64,000 nt of DNA from Escherichia coli (lineage in GTDB: Bacteria > Pseudomonadota > Gammaproteobacteria > Enterobacterales > Enterobacteriaceae), in the NCBI RefSeq assembly GCF_965641715.1, contig NZ_OZ282453.1. One strand, given 5' to 3'. How positions within the stretch are numbered: position 1 is the stretch's first letter; each line of letters begins with the position of its first letter. The translations under genes were made by a program, and so were the position numbers. Of this stretch, positions 11,086 through 22,700 are shown in pieces. The notes under the pieces are model-generated. The model was given only the letters and a program-made list of their open reading frames with translations, was not told where the DNA came from and ran no database searches.

Positions 11086-13752
11086 ATGGAACCTTTTAAA
11101 TATATATGCCATTACTGGGGAAAATCCTCAAAAAGCCTGACGAAAGGAAATGATATTCATCTGTTAATTTATCATTGCCTTGATGTTGCTGCTGTTGCAG
11201 ATTGCTGGTGGGATCAATCAGTCGTACTGCAAAATACTTTTTGCCGAAATGAAATGCTATCAAAACAGAGGGTGAAGGCCTGGCTGTTATTTTTCATTGC
11301 TCTTCATGATATTGGAAAGTTTGATATACGATTCCAATATAAATCAGCAGAAAGTTGGCTGAAATTAAATCCTGCAACGCCATCACTTAATGGTCCATCA
11401 ACACAAATGTGCCGTAAATTTAATCATGGTGCAGCCGGTCTGTATTGGTTTAACCAGGATTCACTTTCAGAGCAATCTCCCGGGGATTTTTTCAGTTTTT
11501 TTGATGCCGCTCCTCATCCTTATGAGTCCTGGTTTCCATGGGTAGAGGCCGTTACAGGACATCATGGTTTTATATTACATTCCCAGGATCAAGATAAGTC
11601 GCGTTGGGAAATGCCAGCTTCTCTGGCATCTTATGCTGCGCAAGATAAACAGGCTCGTGAGGAGTGGATATCTGTACTCGAAGCATTATTTTTAACGCCA
11701 GCCGGGTTATCTATAAACGATATACCACCTGATTGTTCATCACTGTTAGCAGGTTTTTGCTCGCTTGCTGACTGGTTAGGTTCCTGGACCACAACGGATA
11801 CCTTTCTTTTCAAAGAAGATGCACCTTCAGGAATACAAGCGCTAAGAACATATTTTCAGGATAGACAGCAGGATGCGTGTCGGGTACTGGCGCTGAGTGG
11901 CCTTGTATCAAATAAGCGTCGTTATGACGGTGTACATGCCTTACTGGACAATGGCTATCAACCAAGACAATTACAGGTGTTGGTCGATGCTCTTCCTACA
12001 GCTCCCGGGCTGACGGTGATTGAGGCACCTACGGGATCAGGTAAAACCGAAACAGCGCTGGCCTATGCCTGGAAACTTATTGACCAACAACTTGCGGAGA
12101 GTGTTATTTTTGCCCTCCCTACACAAGCTACTGCAAATGCAATGCTCAGCAGAATGGAAGCGAACGCGAGCCGTTTATTTACCTCCCCAAATCTTATTCT
12201 TGCTCATGGTAATTCACGTTTTAACCACCTTTTTCAATCAATAAAATCACGCGCATTTACTGAGCAGGGGCAAGAAGAAGCGTGGGTTCAGTGTTGTCAG
12301 TGGTTGTCACAAAGCAATAAGAAAGTGTTTCTTGGGCAAATCGGCGTTTGCACTATTGATCAGGTGTTGATATCGGTATTGCCAGTTAAACACCGCTTTA
12401 TCCGTGGTTTGGGAATTGGTCGAAGTGTTTTAATTGTTGATGAAGTTCATGCTTACGACACCTATATGAACGGCTTGCTGGAGGCAGTGCTCAAGGCTCA
12501 GGCTGATGTGGGAGGGAGTGTTATTCTTCTTTCCGCAACCCTACCAATGAAACAAAAACAGAAACTTCTGGATACTTATGGTCTGCATACAGATCCAGTG
12601 GAAAATAACTCCGCATATCCACTTATTAACTGGCGAGGTGTGAATGGTGCGCAACGTTTTGATCTGCCAGCTCATCCAGAACAACTCCCGCCCCGCTTTT
12701 CGATTCAGCCAGAACCTATTTATTTAGCTGACATGTTACCTGACCTTACGATGTTAGAGCGAATGATCGCAGCGGCAAACGCGGGTGCACAAGTCTGCCT
12801 CATTTGCAATTTGGTTGACGTTGCACAACTATGCTTCCAACGGCTAAAGGAACTAAATGACACGCAAGTAGATATAGATTTGTTTCATGCGCGCTTTACG
12901 CTGAACGATCGTCGTGAAAAAGAGAATCGTGTCATTAGCAATTTCGGAAAAAATGGGGAGCGAAATGTTGGACGAATACTTGTCGCCACCCAGGTCGTGG
13001 AACAATCACTCGATGTAGATTTTGATTGGTTAATTACCCAGCATTGTCCCGCTGATTTGCTTTTCCAACGATTAGGCCGTTTACATCGCCATCATCGTAA
13101 ATATCGTCCCGCCGGTTTTGAGATTCCTCTGGCAACCGTTTTGCTGCCTGATGGCGAAGGTTACGGACGACATGAGCATATTTATAGCAACGTTAGAGTC
13201 ATGTGGCGGACGCAGCAACATATTGAGGAACTTAATGGAGCATCCTTATTTTTCCCTGATGCCTACCGGCAATGGCTGGATAGCATTTACGATGATGCTG
13301 AAATGGATGAGCCAGAATGGGTCATCAAAGGCATGGATAAGTTTGAAAGCGCTGAGTGTGAAAAGAGGTTCAAGGCTCGCAAGGTTCTGCAGTGGGCTGA
13401 AGAATATAGTTTGCAGGATAACGATGAAACCATTCTTGCGGTAACGAGGGATGGGGAAATGAGCCTGCCATTATTGCCTTATGTACAAACGTCTTCAGGT
13501 AAACAACTGCTCGATGGCCAGGTCTACGAGGACCTAAGTCATGAACAGCAGTATGAGGCTTTAGCACTTAATCGCGTCAATGTGCCATTTACCTGGAAAC
13601 GTAGTTTTTCTGAAGTAGTCGATGAAGATGGGTTACTTTGGCTGGAAGGAAGGCAGAATCAGGATGGATGGATCTGGCAGGGTAACAGTATTGTTATTAC
13701 CTACACTCGGGATGAAGGGATGACCAGAGTCATCCCTGCAAATCCCAAATAA
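11086..13752 (+). CDS. cas3: Cas3 nuclease/helicase, type I-E (888 aa)
   Basis: 888 aa; N-terminal HD domain (LLIYHCLDVAAV...HDIGKF), helicase Walker A GSGKTE and DEVH box; RBS AGGGAGG before ATG at 11086. Confidence 0.97.
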   Translation: MEPFKYICHYWGKSSKSLTKGNDIHLLIYHCLDVAAVADCWWDQSVVLQNTFCRNEMLSKQRVKAWLLFFIALHDIGKFDIRFQYKSAESWLKLNPATPSLNGPSTQMCRKFNHGAAGLYWFNQDSLSEQSPGDFFSFFDAAPHPYESWFPWVEAVTGHHGFILHSQDQDKSRWEMPASLASYAAQDKQAREEWISVLEALFLTPAGLSINDIPPDCSSLLAGFCSLADWLGSWTTTDTFLFKEDAPSGIQALRTYFQDRQQDACRVLALSGLVSNKRRYDGVHALLDNGYQPRQLQVLVDALPTAPGLTVIEAPTGSGKTETALAYAWKLIDQQLAESVIFALPTQATANAMLSRMEANASRLFTSPNLILAHGNSRFNHLFQSIKSRAFTEQGQEEAWVQCCQWLSQSNKKVFLGQIGVCTIDQVLISVLPVKHRFIRGLGIGRSVLIVDEVHAYDTYMNGLLEAVLKAQADVGGSVILLSATLPMKQKQKLLDTYGLHTDPVENNSAYPLINWRGVNGAQRFDLPAHPEQLPPRFSIQPEPIYLADMLPDLTMLERMIAAANAGAQVCLICNLVDVAQLCFQRLKELNDTQVDIDLFHARFTLNDRREKENRVISNFGKNGERNVGRILVATQVVEQSLDVDFDWLITQHCPADLLFQRLGRLHRHHRKYRPAGFEIPLATVLLPDGEGYGRHEHIYSNVRVMWRTQQHIEELNGASLFFPDAYRQWLDSIYDDAEMDEPEWVIKGMDKFESAECEKRFKARKVLQWAEEYSLQDNDETILAVTRDGEMSLPLLPYVQTSSGKQLLDGQVYEDLSHEQQYEALALNRVNVPFTWKRSFSEVVDEDGLLWLEGRQNQDGWIWQGNSIVITYTRDEGMTRVIPANPK

Positions 13753-14166
13753 CTTCGGGAATGATTGGTATCAATGACGATAACAAGACCAATAACGGTT
13801 TATCCCTACTTAAGTAGGGAAGGTGCACAATGTACATCTTCTTTTAATTTCCCGGTATGAGATTTTATATTCGCAGTATGAATATTTTATGTAATAAAAT
13901 TTATGGTAATTATTATAACTAAAAGTTTCTTTGATAATAAAACGAATAACTTGCAGATTTGAAATGCATGCATTATTGTCTTTAAACAATTCAACACATC
14001 TTAATATATGTATAGGTTAATTGTATTAAACCAATGAATATATTTTTGCAGTGAATGTGATTATTGAATTAATTACGCCGTATTTTTTCTTTGTTTTTAC
14101 CGATAACGGAAGTGTGCCGACGTATAGAAATGCAGGAGAAATGTCGGAGCATATGAAGGAGAACAA
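13753..14166 (+). promoter_or_regulatory. AT-rich cas3-casA intergenic region; expected site of the casA operon promoter
   Basis: 414 bp strongly AT-rich non-coding stretch directly upstream of casA; in K-12 this region holds the H-NS-silenced, LeuO-activated Pcas promoter (established knowledge, exact elements not mapped here). Confidence 0.45.
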
Positions 14167-15675
14167 ATGAATTTGCTTATTGATAACTGGATCCCTGTAC
14201 GCCCGCGAAACGGGGGGAAAGTCCAAATCATAAATCTGCAATCGCTATACTGCAGTAGAGATCAGTGGCGATTAAGTTTGCCCCGTGACGATATGGAACT
14301 GGCCGCTTTAGCACTGCTGGTTTGCATTGGGCAAATTATCGACCCGGCAAAAGATGACGTTGAATTTCGACATCGCATAATGAATCCGTTCACTGAAGAT
14401 GAGTTTCAACAACTCATCGCGCCGTGGATAGATATGTTCTATCTTAATCACGCAGAACATCCCTTTATGCAGACCAAAGGTGTCAAAGCAAATGATGTGA
14501 CTCCAATGGAAAAACTGTTGGCAGGGGTAAGCGGCGCGACGAATTGTGCTTTTGTCAATCAACCGGGTCAGGGTGAAGCATTATGTGGTGGATGCACTGC
14601 GATTGCGTTATTCAACCAGGCGAATCAGGCACCTGGTTTTGGTGGTGGCTTTAAAAGTGGTTTACGTGGAGGAACACCTATAACCACCTTCGTACGTGGG
14701 ATCGATCTTCGCTCGACGGTGTTACTCAATGTCCTCACAATACCTCGTCTTCAAAAACAATTTCCCAATGAATCACATACGGAAAACCAACCTACCTGGG
14801 TTAAGCCTGTCAAACCCAATGAATCTGTGCCAGCTTCGTCAATTGGCTTTGTCCGCGGCTTATTCTGGCAACCAGCGCATATTGAATTATGCGACCCCAT
14901 TGGGATTGGAAAATGTTCTTGCTGTGGGCAGGAAAGCAATTTGCGTTATACCGGTTTTCTTAAGGAAAAATTTACCTTTACAGTTAATGGGCTATGGCCC
15001 CATCCGCATTCCCCTTGTCTGGTAACAGTCAAGAAAGGGGAGGTTGAGGAAAAATTTCTTGCTTTCACCACCTCCGCACCATCATGGACACAAATCAGCC
15101 GAGTTGTGGTAGATAAGATTATTCAAAATGAAAATGGAAATCGCGTGGCGGCGGTTGTGAATCAATTCAGAAATATTGCGCCGCAAAGTCCTCTTGAATT
15201 GATTATGGGGGGATATCGTAATAATCAAGCATCTATTCTTGAACGGCGTCATGATGTGCTGATGTTTAATCAGGGGTGGCAACAATACGGCAATGTGATA
15301 AACGAAATAGTGACTGTTGGTTTGGGATATAAAACAGCCTTACGCAAGGCGTTATATACCTTTGCAGAAGGGTTTAAAAATAAAGACTTCAAAGGGGCCG
15401 GAGTCTCTGTTCATGAGACTGCAGAAAGGCATTTCTATCGACAGAGTGAATTATTAATTCCCGATGTTCTGGCGAATGTTAATTTTTCCCAGGCTGATGA
15501 GGTCATAGCTGATTTACGAGACAAACTTCATCAATTGTGTGAAATGCTATTTAATCAATCTGTAGCTCCCTATGCACATCATCCTAAATTAATAAGCACA
15601 TTAGCGCTTGCCCGCGCCACGCTATACAAACATTTACGGGAGTTAAAACCGCAAGGAGGGCCATCAAATGGCTGA
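14167..15675 (+). CDS. casA: Cascade large subunit Cse1/CasA (502 aa)
   Basis: 502 aa, N-terminus MNLLIDNWIPVRPRNGG; RBS AAGGAG; first gene of Cascade operon. Confidence 0.95.
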   Translation: MNLLIDNWIPVRPRNGGKVQIINLQSLYCSRDQWRLSLPRDDMELAALALLVCIGQIIDPAKDDVEFRHRIMNPFTEDEFQQLIAPWIDMFYLNHAEHPFMQTKGVKANDVTPMEKLLAGVSGATNCAFVNQPGQGEALCGGCTAIALFNQANQAPGFGGGFKSGLRGGTPITTFVRGIDLRSTVLLNVLTIPRLQKQFPNESHTENQPTWVKPVKPNESVPASSIGFVRGLFWQPAHIELCDPIGIGKCSCCGQESNLRYTGFLKEKFTFTVNGLWPHPHSPCLVTVKKGEVEEKFLAFTTSAPSWTQISRVVVDKIIQNENGNRVAAVVNQFRNIAPQSPLELIMGGYRNNQASILERRHDVLMFNQGWQQYGNVINEIVTVGLGYKTALRKALYTFAEGFKNKDFKGAGVSVHETAERHFYRQSELLIPDVLANVNFSQADEVIADLRDKLHQLCEMLFNQSVAPYAHHPKLISTLALARATLYKHLRELKPQGGPSNG

Positions 15676-16150
15676 TGAAATTGATGCAATGGCTTTATAT
15701 CGAGCCTGGCAACAACTGGATAATGGAGCATGTGCGCAAATTAGACGTGTTTCAGAACCTGATGAATTACGCGATATCCCTGCGTTTTATAGGCTGGTGC
15801 AACCTTTTGGTTGGGAGAACCCACGTCACCAGCAGGCTCTTTTGCGCATGGTGTTTTGCCTGAGCGCAGGAAAGAATGTCATCCGACATCAGGACAAAAA
15901 ACCGGAGCAAACAACAGGTATCTCGTTGGGAAGAGCTTTAGCCAATAGTGGAAGAATTAACGAGCGCCGTATCTTTCAATTAATTCGGGCTGACAGAACA
16001 GCCGATATGGTCCAGTTACGTCGATTACTTACTCACGCCGAACCCGTACTTGACTGGCCATTAATGGCCAGGATGTTGACCTGGTGGGGAAAGCGCGAAC
16101 GCCAGCAACTTCTGGAAGATTTTGTATTGACCACAAACAAAAATGCGTAA
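15668..16150 (+). CDS. casB: Cascade small subunit Cse2/CasB (160 aa)
   Basis: 160 aa, N-terminus MADEIDAMALYRAWQQLDNGA; start overlaps casA stop. Confidence 0.95.
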   Translation: MADEIDAMALYRAWQQLDNGACAQIRRVSEPDELRDIPAFYRLVQPFGWENPRHQQALLRMVFCLSAGKNVIRHQDKKPEQTTGISLGRALANSGRINERRIFQLIRADRTADMVQLRRLLTHAEPVLDWPLMARMLTWWGKRERQQLLEDFVLTTNKNA

Positions 16151-16162
16151 GGAAACCTTTCT

Positions 16163-17254
16163 ATGTCTAACTTTATCAATATTCATGTTCTGATCTCTCA
16201 CAGCCCTTCATGTCTGAACCGCGACGATATGAACATGCAGAAAGACGCTATTTTCGGCGGGAAAAGACGAGTAAGAATTTCAAGTCAAAGCCTTAAACGT
16301 GCGATGCGTAAAAGTGATTATTACGCACAAAATATTGGTGAATCCAGTCTCAGAACAATTCATCTTGCACAATTACGTGATGTTCTTCGGCAAAAACTTG
16401 GTGAACGTTTTGACCAAAAAATCATCGATAAGACATTAGCGCTGCTCTCCGGTAAATTAGTTGATGAAGCCGAAAAGATTTCTGCCGATGCGGTTACTCC
16501 CTGGGTTGTGGGAGAAATAGCCTGGTTCTGTGAGCAGGTTGCAAAAGCAGAGGCTGATAATCTGGATGATAAAAAGCTGCTCAAAGTTCTTAAGGAAGAT
16601 ATTGCCGCCATACGTGTGAATTTACAGCAGGGTGTTGATATTGCGCTTAGTGGAAGAATGGCAACCAGCGGCATGATGAGTGAGTTGGGAAAAGTTGATG
16701 GTGCAATGTCCATTGCGCATGCGATCACTACTCATCAGGTTGATTCTGATATTGACTGGTTCACCGCTGTAGATGATTTACAGGAACAAGGTTCTGCACA
16801 TCTGGGAACTCAGGAATTTTCATCGGGTGTTTTTTATCGTTATGCCAACATTAACCTCGCTCAACTTCAGGAAAATTTAGGTGGTGCCTCCAGGGAGCAG
16901 GCTCTGGAAATTGCAACCCATGTTGTTCATATGCTGGCAACAGAGGTCCCTGGAGCAAAACAGCGTACTTATGCCGCTTTTAACCCTGCGGATATGGTAA
17001 TGGTTAATTTCTCCGATATGCCACTTTCTATGGCAAATGCTTTTGAAAAAGCGGTTAAAGCGAAAGATGGCTTTTTGCAACCGTCTATACAGGCGTTTAA
17101 TCAATATTGGGATCGCGTTGCCAATGGATATGGTCTGAACGGAGCTGCTGCGCAATTCAGCTTATCTGATGTAGACCCAATTACTGCTCAAGTTAAACAA
17201 ATGCCTACTTTAGAACAGTTAAAATCCTGGGTTCGTAATAATGGCGAGGCGTGA
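16163..17254 (+). CDS. casC: Cascade backbone subunit Cas7e/CasC (363 aa)
   Basis: 363 aa, N-terminus [22 protein letters not shown]. Confidence 0.95.
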   Translation: MSNFINIHVLISHSPSCLNRDDMNMQKDAIFGGKRRVRISSQSLKRAMRKSDYYAQNIGESSLRTIHLAQLRDVLRQKLGERFDQKIIDKTLALLSGKLVDEAEKISADAVTPWVVGEIAWFCEQVAKAEADNLDDKKLLKVLKEDIAAIRVNLQQGVDIALSGRMATSGMMSELGKVDGAMSIAHAITTHQVDSDIDWFTAVDDLQEQGSAHLGTQEFSSGVFYRYANINLAQLQENLGGASREQALEIATHVVHMLATEVPGAKQRTYAAFNPADMVMVNFSDMPLSMANAFEKAVKAKDGFLQPSIQAFNQYWDRVANGYGLNGAAAQFSLSDVDPITAQVKQMPTLEQLKSWVRNNGEA

Positions 17255-17256
17255 AC

Positions 17257-17931
17257 ATGAGATCTTATTTGATCTTGCGGCTTGCTGGGCCAATGCAAGC
17301 CTGGGGGCAGCCGACCTTTGAAGGAACGCGACCTACCGGAAGATTTCCGACCCGAAGCGGGTTATTAGGGCTACTCGGGGCTTGTCTTGGGATCCAACGT
17401 GATGATACTTCTTCATTACAGGCGTTATCAGAGAGTGTGCAATTTGCAGTGCGCTGCGATGAACTCATTCTTGACGATCGTCGTGTGTCTGTAACGGGGT
17501 TGCGTGATTACCATACAGTCCTTGGAGCGCGAGAAGATTACCGTGGTTTGAAAAGTCATGAAACGATTCAAACATGGCGCGAATATTTATGTGATGCCTC
17601 CTTTACCGTCGCTCTCTGGTTAACACCCCATGCAACGATGGTTATCTCAGAACTTGAAAAAGCAGTATTAAAGCCTCGGTATACACCCTACCTGGGGCGG
17701 AGAAGTTGCCCACTAACACACCCGCTTTTTTTGGGGACATGTCAGGCATCGGATCCTCAGAAGGCGCTATTAAATTATGAGCCCGTTGGCGGCGATATAT
17801 ATAGTGAGGAATCAGTTACAGGGCATCATTTAAAATTTACGGCGCGCGACGAACCGATGATCACCTTACCTCGACAATTTGCTTCCCGAGAATGGTATGT
17901 GATTAAAGGAGGTATGGATGTATCTCAGTAA
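17257..17931 (+). CDS. casD: Cascade subunit Cas5e/CasD (224 aa)
   Basis: ATG at 17257 just after casC stop; N-terminus MRSYLILRLAGPMQAWGQ. Confidence 0.93.
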   Translation: MRSYLILRLAGPMQAWGQPTFEGTRPTGRFPTRSGLLGLLGACLGIQRDDTSSLQALSESVQFAVRCDELILDDRRVSVTGLRDYHTVLGAREDYRGLKSHETIQTWREYLCDASFTVALWLTPHATMVISELEKAVLKPRYTPYLGRRSCPLTHPLFLGTCQASDPQKALLNYEPVGGDIYSEESVTGHHLKFTARDEPMITLPRQFASREWYVIKGGMDVSQ

Positions 17932-18517
17932 AGTCATCATTGCCAGGGCCTGGAGCAGGGATCTTTACCAACTTCACCAGGGATTATGGCATTTATTTCC
18001 AAACAGACCGGATGCTGCTCGTGATTTTCTTTTTCATGTTGAGAAGCGAAACACACCAGAAGGCTGTCATGTTTTATTGCAGTCAGCGCAAATGCCTGTT
18101 TCAACTGCCGTTGCGACAGTCATTAAAACTAAACAGGTTGAATTTCAACTTCAGGTTGGTGTTCCACTCTATTTTCGGCTTCGGGCAAATCCGATCAAAA
18201 CTATTCTCGACAATCAAAAGCGCCTGGACAGTAAAGGGAATATTAAACGCTGTCGGGTTCCGTTAATAAAAGAAGCAGAACAAATCGCGTGGTTGCAACG
18301 TAAATTGGGCAATGCGGCGCGCGTTGAAGATGTGCATCCCATATCGGAACGGCCACAGTATTTTTCTGGGGAAGGTAAAAATGGAAAAATCCAAACGGTT
18401 TGCTTTGAAGGTGTGCTCACCATTAACGATGCGCCAGCGTTAATAGATCTTTTACAGCAAGGTATTGGGCCAGCCAAATCGATGGGATGTGGTTTGCTAT
18501 CTTTGGCTCCACTATGA
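17918..18517 (+). CDS. casE: CRISPR RNA endoribonuclease Cas6e/CasE (199 aa)
   Basis: 199 aa, N-terminus MYLSKVIIARAWSRDLYQLHQGLWHLFPNRPDAARDFLFHVE; overlaps casD end. Confidence 0.95.
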   Translation: MYLSKVIIARAWSRDLYQLHQGLWHLFPNRPDAARDFLFHVEKRNTPEGCHVLLQSAQMPVSTAVATVIKTKQVEFQLQVGVPLYFRLRANPIKTILDNQKRLDSKGNIKRCRVPLIKEAEQIAWLQRKLGNAARVEDVHPISERPQYFSGEGKNGKIQTVCFEGVLTINDAPALIDLLQQGIGPAKSMGCGLLSLAPL

Positions 18518-18532
18518 TTGAGGTGTAATAAA

Positions 18533-19736
<1,204 letters not shown>

Positions 19737-19841
19737 AAACAAGGAATTAGCTGATCTTTAATAATAAGGAAATGTTACATCAAGGTTGGTGGGTTGTTTT
19801 TATGGGAAAAAATGCTTTAAGAACAAATGTATACTTTTAGA
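19737..19841 (+). promoter_or_regulatory. CRISPR leader (AT-rich; array promoter and integration signals expected)
   Basis: 105 bp AT-rich non-coding stretch between cas2 stop and first repeat; repeat strand orientation matches crRNA sense on + strand. Confidence 0.7.
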
Positions 19842-20481
19842 GAGTTCCCCGCGCCAGCGGGGATAAACCGTGTCCGAATTACTACACCGCCGAACAAAAC
19901 GCGAGTTCCCCGCGCCAGCGGGGATAAACCATGATCGCCGCCATGATTACTTGCCTTTTTTGTGAGTTCCCCGCGCCAGCGGGGATAAACCGGTCAGCAC
20001 CGCGTGCTCTGCCTGCAGGCTGTCGAGTTCCCCGCGCCAGCGGGGATAAACCGTCTATATCGGTGCATATATCCCCGACGAAAAAGAGTTCCCCGCGCCA
20101 GCGGGGATAAACCGTATTCATATAAATCCTTATTTTAGATACAGCGGAGTTCCCCGCGCCAGCGGGGATAAACCGCCAGCTTCATAGATCTGGCTCACGT
20201 AGAGCGCGAGTTCCCCGCGCCAGCGGGGATAAACCAGCGGCGCATAACTGATAAACAATAAATGCCGCGAGTTCCCCGCGCCAGCGGGGATAAACCGGGC
20301 CATCACGGTTTTATTCAGGTTACTGCAGACGAGTTCCCCGCGCCAGCGGGGATAAACCGCTGCGCGATCCAGCGCTCGACTTTGATCGTGAGAGTTCCCC
20401 GCGCCAGCGGGGATAAACCGGGCGCACTGGATGCGATGATGGATATCACTTAGAATTCCCCGCCCCTGCGGTAGAACACCC
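19842..20481 (+). CRISPR. Type I-E CRISPR array: 10 full 29-bp repeats, 10 spacers (nine of 32 bp, one of 33 bp), plus one degenerate terminal repeat
   Basis: Repeat GAGTTCCCCGCGCCAGCGGGGATAAACCG at 19842, 19903, 19964, 20025, 20086, 20147, 20208, 20269, 20331, 20392 (period 61, once 62); repeats 2 and 7 end in A rather than G; degenerate repeat GAATTCCCCGCCCCTGCGGTAGAACACCC at 20453..20481. Confidence 0.97.
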
Positions 20482-20501
20482 AGCTCCCATTTTCCAACCC
20501 A

Positions 20502-21539
20502 TCAAGACGCCTTCGCCAACTCCTTCACCAGCGGTAGCATTATCCGCATAACGTCACGGCAGCGACGTTCTATTCTTCCAGGAAGTGCTTTATCAATATG
20601 TTGCTGATTATCCAGTCTTACGTCATGCCAGCTATTTCCCGCAGGGAATGCGGCTGTTTTTGCGCGTTGCTGATAACCATCTTTATTCCCAAGATTCCAG
20701 TTTGTCGCTTCCACCGAAAGTACAGCAATGCCCGCTTTGTCGAATATTTCTGCGTCATTACAACATCCAGTGCCTTTCGGATAATTTTTATTCAAACCCG
20801 GATTGGTCGTTGCGGCAATTCCATGACTACGCGCAATTGCCAGCGCCCTGTCGCGCGTTAATTTCCTTACTGCTTCAGGGGTTTTTACACCGCTGTTGAA
20901 ATACAATTTATCGCCAACAATTAAGTTATCGAGATTAATCACCAGCAGCGTATTTTTCTTTTCGGTGTCACTCATCCGCTTGAGTAAATTCTCAGCGCCT
21001 AATTTCCCTTCCTCTTCTCCACTGGTCGCCACAAATCGAATACCATACTCGGTAGGCGTATTTTTCAGGCGTTCTGCCAGTTCCAGCATGACACCTAAAC
21101 CTGCGGCGTTATCATCCATTCCTTGTAACGTCAGCCCGCCGAGATTGGCATCGGCGTCAGCATCGCTCAGCGGGGCGTAAGTATCCAGATGCGCCATAAT
21201 GATGATCTGCTGCGGCGCTTTGCCTTCATGAGCGGCAATCACCGTACTTCCCGTCACGTTATGCCAGCTCTTACGATTATCGCGGGCGGTATAAATATAC
21301 CGACTATTAAATGTCCGAATATCACTGCGATAACCCATTTGCTGAAACTGTTGGCGAATATAATCGGCAGATAACATTTCTGCAGGAGTTCCGGTCATGC
21401 GTCCCGGAAAGAAAGTAGCAATATGTCGTGCCTGAGTATTAGCAAAATCGCCAGGTTTAGGTGACGAGGCGTGTACGGGGAGAATAAAGCATACGCCGAG
21501 CGCCAGGGCAGCGGTACGGTGGCGCAATGCGGAAAACAT
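20502..21539 (-). CDS. iap: Alkaline phosphatase isozyme conversion aminopeptidase (345 aa)
   Basis: 345 aa with N-terminal signal peptide MFSALRHRTAALALGVCFILPVHA; M28-peptidase-like. Confidence 0.9.
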   Translation of the reverse strand: MFSALRHRTAALALGVCFILPVHASSPKPGDFANTQARHIATFFPGRMTGTPAEMLSADYIRQQFQQMGYRSDIRTFNSRYIYTARDNRKSWHNVTGSTVIAAHEGKAPQQIIIMAHLDTYAPLSDADADANLGGLTLQGMDDNAAGLGVMLELAERLKNTPTEYGIRFVATSGEEEGKLGAENLLKRMSDTEKKNTLLVINLDNLIVGDKLYFNSGVKTPEAVRKLTRDRALAIARSHGIAATTNPGLNKNYPKGTGCCNDAEIFDKAGIAVLSVEATNWNLGNKDGYQQRAKTAAFPAGNSWHDVRLDNQQHIDKALPGRIERRCRDVMRIMLPLVKELAKAS

Positions 21540-21790
21540 AGTGAGTCCTTAAATACCATGCAAATTTTTTTACCGCCATAGTATGAAACTGCCGCTGCGC
21601 TAAAACAATTTCAAATCTTCCTAAACGCCCGAAATCCGGTGCCTTAAGCACTTTTTGATATTAGCTTTGCCAAATCGTTATTCCGTTAAGGAACTACTCA
21701 TTCTAATTGGTAATTTCATTCGTTCTCTTACGCTCCCTATAGTCGAAACATCTGATGGCAAGAAAATAGCGGTATTGCAAAGGAACGGTT

Positions 21791-22699
21791 ATGGATCAAA
21801 AACGACTTACTCACCTGCGGCAACTGGAGGCGGAAAGCATCCACATTATTCGCGAGGTGGCGGCAGAATTCTCAAATCCGGTGATGCTCTACTCTATCGG
21901 TAAAGATTCCAGCGTCATGCTGCATCTGGCGCGCAAGGCGTTTTATCCAGGTACGCTACCTTTCCCGTTGCTGCATGTCGATACCGGCTGGAAATTCCGC
22001 GAGATGTATGAGTTCCGCGATCGTACGGCGAAAGCCTACGGCTGCGAGCTGCTGGTGCATAAAAACCCGGAAGGCGTGGCGATGGGGATTAATCCATTCG
22101 TGCACGGCAGCGCGAAACATACCGATATTATGAAAACTGAAGGCCTGAAACAGGCACTGAACAAATACGGTTTTGATGCCGCCTTCGGTGGTGCGCGCCG
22201 TGACGAAGAGAAATCCCGTGCTAAAGAGCGAATCTACTCTTTCCGTGACCGCTTCCATCGCTGGGATCCGAAAAATCAGCGCCCGGAGCTGTGGCACAAC
22301 TACAACGGGCAAATTAACAAAGGCGAAAGCATCCGCGTCTTCCCGCTCTCTAACTGGACCGAGCAGGATATCTGGCAATACATCTGGCTGGAAAATATCG
22401 ACATTGTGCCGCTGTATCTCGCTGCGGAACGTCCGGTTCTGGAACGCGACGGTATGTTGATGATGATTGATGACAACCGTATCGACCTGCAACCGGGCGA
22501 AGTGATCAAAAAACGGATGGTGCGTTTCCGTACGCTGGGCTGCTGGCCGCTGACCGGTGCGGTGGAGTCAAATGCACAAACACTGCCGGAGATCATCGAA
22601 GAGATGCTGGTTTCCACCACCAGTGAACGTCAGGGCCGCGTGATTGACCGCGACCAGGCGGGGTCTATGGAGCTGAAAAAACGTCAGGGGTATTTTTAA
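21791..22699 (+). CDS. cysD: Sulfate adenylyltransferase subunit 2 (302 aa)
   Basis: 302 aa, N-terminus [27 protein letters not shown]; PAPS-reductase-like fold. Confidence 0.97.
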   Translation: MDQKRLTHLRQLEAESIHIIREVAAEFSNPVMLYSIGKDSSVMLHLARKAFYPGTLPFPLLHVDTGWKFREMYEFRDRTAKAYGCELLVHKNPEGVAMGINPFVHGSAKHTDIMKTEGLKQALNKYGFDAAFGGARRDEEKSRAKERIYSFRDRFHRWDPKNQRPELWHNYNGQINKGESIRVFPLSNWTEQDIWQYIWLENIDIVPLYLAAERPVLERDGMLMMIDDNRIDLQPGEVIKKRMVRFRTLGCWPLTGAVESNAQTLPEIIEEMLVSTTSERQGRVIDRDQAGSMELKKRQGYF

Positions 22700-22700
22700 G

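Noticed and set aside
10728-14166. Possibility that cas3 or the cas3-casA spacer carries an anti-CRISPR or other inserted gene
   Set aside because: cas3 is a single uninterrupted 888-aa frame and the 414-bp spacer has no ORF with an RBS; it is AT-rich regulatory DNA.
19882-20453. ORFs of 79 aa (minus strand, 19882..20121) and 63 aa (plus strand, 20262..20453) in the ORF track
   Set aside because: They lie entirely within the CRISPR array and their translations are repeat-derived (recurring PRASGDKP / PRWRGEL); artefacts of periodic sequence.
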